Shown here: in pieces, positions 61,551 through 64,000 of the stretch | Numbering within the stretch: the first letter of the stretch is position 1 | Layout of the letters: each line of letters begins with the position of its first letter | Source: Acidimicrobiales bacterium | GTDB taxonomy: Bacteria; Actinomycetota; Acidimicrobiia; Acidimicrobiales; GCA-2861595 | DNA length: 64,000 nucleotides | Reading direction: 5' to 3' | Assembly: GCA_035536185.1 (NCBI GenBank) | Contig: DATLOM010000005.1 | Location: forward strand, 667 to 64,666 | Notes under the pieces: model-generated | Told to the model about the DNA's origin: nothing | The model's input: the letters and a program-made list of their open reading frames with translations, nothing else | The model's database searches: none | Position numbers and translations under genes: made by a program

Positions 61551-62775
61551 CGCCAGCGGCGGTGGAGCTGGCGGCGCGCTTCTTGGCGGCCGCTCTTGCG
61601 TCGGCGGCGGCCTTGGCGGCGGCCTTGGCGGCGGCCCTGGTGGCGGCCAGCAGGCCGTCGGCGAGATAAGCCTCCTCGGGCTCCCGCCGGCCCTCGGCCC
61701 GCGCCTTTTCGAAGATCCTCTGCGCATGGCCCTGCACGATCGACCAGATCTCGGAGACCTCTTCGAGAGTGGAGCGGTAGGTGATCTCGCCTGCCCCATC
61801 CACGGTGCGGCGCCGGCGCAGGAACCGGGAGCGGTGGATGGCGCGGTGGGCAGCGGCGGGGTCGGGCTCGGCGGCGGCCTTGGTGCGGGCGCACTCGTCC
61901 TTGAGCTCACCCAGAGATCCCTTCTTGGCCAGCTTCACCAAGCGTTCTTCGGCCTTGGGGTTCTTGGTGGCGGCATCAGCGATGGCGCCGGCCTGGGACG
62001 ACGACACCTCTCCGGCCCGAGCGGCGGCGTCGAGGCCGGGCAGCTTGGCCAGCGCCTCGGCGGTCTCCAGTGTCTCTTTGGCCTTGGCCACGCTGGTGCC
62101 GGATTTCTTGGCCAGCTGATGGGCGGGGCTCATGTGGCCCTCGCGCTCCCACAGCTTGGTGTCGGCCACCTTCTTGGCGGCCAGAGCCTTGATGGTGGCC
62201 AGCATGTTCTCGGTGGCGATGGCGTCGTCCACCACGCCCTGTGCGGTCACCGCGGTGATCTGGTTGGGATCGAAGGACGCGGCATAGCTCGACACCGCCT
62301 CCCGGATGCCCTTCATGGTCGAGCCGTCGAACATTGACACCCCCTCGTTCCTCTCGATTGATTCAAAGAGGAGGGCCGTACCGCCGGCACCTCGAGGCGT
62401 TTCCGTCCGTACTGCTGATCCTGAAATGAGGATACAACTCGACTGTGACAAGTACTTCCTGGGAGCAGCGACACCACCTTCACTGTGCATGCACCAGGGC
62501 TAGAGCGGCCGCGGATGCTCAAGATCACACCGCTGCCTCACCACCAAACCGCATCAACGAAGGGACCGGAAGGCATCCCGGCGGCCGCCCACCATGCTGC
62601 CTCGGTGCCAGCCGAGACAGCAAGAACCACAGATGGTGGTGACGTCTCAAACTGCCCGCTGGCAGCCAATGGGTGCCCAATGACGGCCACACGGAGTGTG
62701 GTCGGCGCGAAGGGACGTCTTCGACGACCTCGCGCCCGGACCCGGCGGTAGGGGACAGCCTCGGGTCGTTCGGAG

Positions 62776-63297
62776 CTAGTGGTGCGCCGTCGGGAAGCGA
62801 TAGCGGGTCTGCGCGAAATGGCCCTTGGCGAACGCCAGCACCTTTGTCGGAGCGACCTCGAACACGACGGCCGAACCGCCGTCCTGGTGATGGAACATCC
62901 CGTCCTTGACCGCGAAGTCCCAGCCGCCCTGGTACTTGCTGCGCCACAGATCGGCCAGTGCGCGCAGCTTCGTCTCGTCGCTGACCCGCGCTGCGTCGCC
63001 TTCCACCACGACGTCGAGCCCCTGGTTCCAACGATTGGAGCCGGTTGTGAGCACGACCCGCGGCTCGCCGGCCAGGTTCACTGCCTTCTGCTCGGCTGGG
63101 CCCGTACAGAAATGGAGGTGGTCGTCGTTCCACACCGCTGGCAGTGGCGTGACGTGCGGACGGCCGTCGCGCCGGACGGTCGAGATCCAGAACAGCTCCG
63201 CGGTCTCGAGCACGTAACGCACGTCCGGCGACGGTGTCGGCGGTGATCTGGGATCACCGAAGCGGATGTCCTGTTCGGGAGTTGGATCCATGCCCAT
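62776..63297 (-). CDS. Pyridoxamine 5'-phosphate oxidase-family (split-barrel) protein
   Basis: LFWISTVRRDGRPHVTPLPAVWNDDHLHF. The ATG at 63297 (or 63291) was chosen. Confidence 0.7.
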   Translation of the reverse strand: MGMDPTPEQDIRFGDPRSPPTPSPDVRYVLETAELFWISTVRRDGRPHVTPLPAVWNDDHLHFCTGPAEQKAVNLAGEPRVVLTTGSNRWNQGLDVVVEGDAARVSDETKLRALADLWRSKYQGGWDFAVKDGMFHHQDGGSAVVFEVAPTKVLAFAKGHFAQTRYRFPTAHH

Positions 63298-63706
63298 TTT
63301 GACGTTACCGCGACTATCGGCCACGGCGGGTCTCACAGGCTCCTCTCGGTCGGGCTGCCGGAGCAGATGGGGTGTTTGCTGGGCAGCACCTGGGTGGGCA
63401 CGTCGGGTCATGCGGGTATTCCGGCAGTCAGGTCGTCCTCTCCGATGCAGCGGGCCACCAGCACGGCGCGAACGCGACCGGCAGCCATAGCCTTTCTGGG
63501 GCGGTCTGAGCGTGCTTCGATCCGGCGTTTCAGGCTAAGGGGTTTGGCCAAGGCGCTCGTTAGTAGATACTCCCGCAGCAACGGATTCGGACAACTGTGG
63601 CGACGAACTGAGTGTTGTTGGGCGGACACCGGAACGGACGTTGCTCCCAGACGAAAGCGTTGGGGCGCGTGACCATCGGTCCGAATGCCACGGGTAGTCT
63701 GCAGCG

Positions 63707-64000
63707 ATGACGCGTCCGGCGTTTGAATGGATCTGCGAGATCGAGCCGCCGACCAAGCCGGACATGATGCACGTGCGTCATCAGATCGGGGTGCTGAGCA
63801 AGCTGGCCTCGGCCTACCTGATCCCCGACAACCACGTCGGGCGGGCGACGGTCTCGAGCATCGCGGTGGCCCACGAGGTCGATCGCATGGGTGGGCGCTC
63901 GATCGCCTGTCTGAACGCCAGGGACCGAAACGCCCTGGGGTTCCGGCGCGATCTCCTCACCGGGGCGGCCTACGGCGTCGATGAGTTCCTGTTCGTCTAC
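63707..64000 (+). CDS. Methylenetetrahydrofolate reductase-like protein (actinobacterial non-canonical type), 3' end outside window
   Basis: My own translation is MTRPAFEWICEIEPPTKPDMMHVRHQIGVLSKLASAYLIPDNHVGRATVSSIAVAHEV...CLNARDRNALGFRRDLLTGAAYGVDEFLFVY. It is absent from the ORF track because it runs off the window. Confidence 0.65.
   Translation, partial: MTRPAFEWICEIEPPTKPDMMHVRHQIGVLSKLASAYLIPDNHVGRATVSSIAVAHEVDRMGGRSIACLNARDRNALGFRRDLLTGAAYGVDEFLFVY

Larger units (their letters stand above)
60389..62334 (-). pseudogene. DUF222 + HNH endonuclease gene (13E12-repeat-like selfish element) interrupted by a frameshift near 60823-60835
   Basis: The N-terminal ORF 60823..62334 (DUF222-like, then a Gly/Pro/Ser/Thr repeat region) ends ...DWETLVRAGP*. 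The adjacent frame continues WPIDDEVCEIAGLGPVPVSVV... into the HNH region (CTVMGCN...EIDH...LCRHHHHLK). Confidence 0.7.

Noticed and set aside
63412-63706. A ~290-nt, somewhat AT-richer leader upstream of the MTHFR-like gene, examined for a SAM or other riboswitch. It also contains the small ORFs 63408..63629(-) and 63367..63672(+).
   Set aside because: I could not recognise SAM-I/SAM-IV or any other riboswitch core by eye, and neither small ORF has convincing composition. An Infernal/Rfam scan would be needed to say more.

Overview
High-GC actinobacterial chromosome segment; the lineage cannot be fixed from sequence alone. The right 39 kb is a conserved housekeeping block: tRNA-Arg, argS, lysA, hom, thrC, rho, rpmE, prfA, prmC, tsaC, LMW-PTP, rpiB, glyA, wecA and atpI-B-E-F-H-A-G-D-C. 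From memory this order mirrors mycobacterial Rv1292-Rv1311 and the equivalent Streptomyces block. It is followed by a FIST plus PAS-GGDEF-EAL pair, a beta-phosphoglucomutase/GH65 phosphorylase pair, DUF2795, a 2H phosphoesterase, a frameshifted DUF222-HNH gene, a PPOX-family gene and the start of an MTHFR-like gene. The left 25 kb looks accessory. It holds a DprA-like plus ComF-type PRTase pair, a hybrid histidine kinase, an RsbQ/RsbP-like hydrolase-phosphatase module and a duplicated small acidic protein. It also holds a MerR locus, three toxin-antitoxin pairs, a gluABCD-like transporter and an AT-richer islet next to tRNA-Arg with orphan SUKH immunity genes. Several gene remnants are present: a PtsI tail, a truncated ArsM-like gene, an FtsX stub and an ABC exporter with an internal deletion. 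The most notable points are these. (1) The usual thrB slot before rho is occupied by DUF2237 plus an archaeal-type cyclic-2,3-diphosphoglycerate synthetase / 2-phosphoglycerate kinase pair whose stop/start codons overlap through to rho. (2) Two MIRU-like intercistronic tandem repeats carry bridging ORFs (prmC-tsaC and atpA-atpG). (3) ATP synthase subunits alpha, gamma and b carry unusual terminal extensions. (4) The DprA-PRTase cassette looks defence-type. No rRNA, CRISPR array, transposase or integrase was seen. All calls come from reading the translations and sequence by eye; no searches were run.
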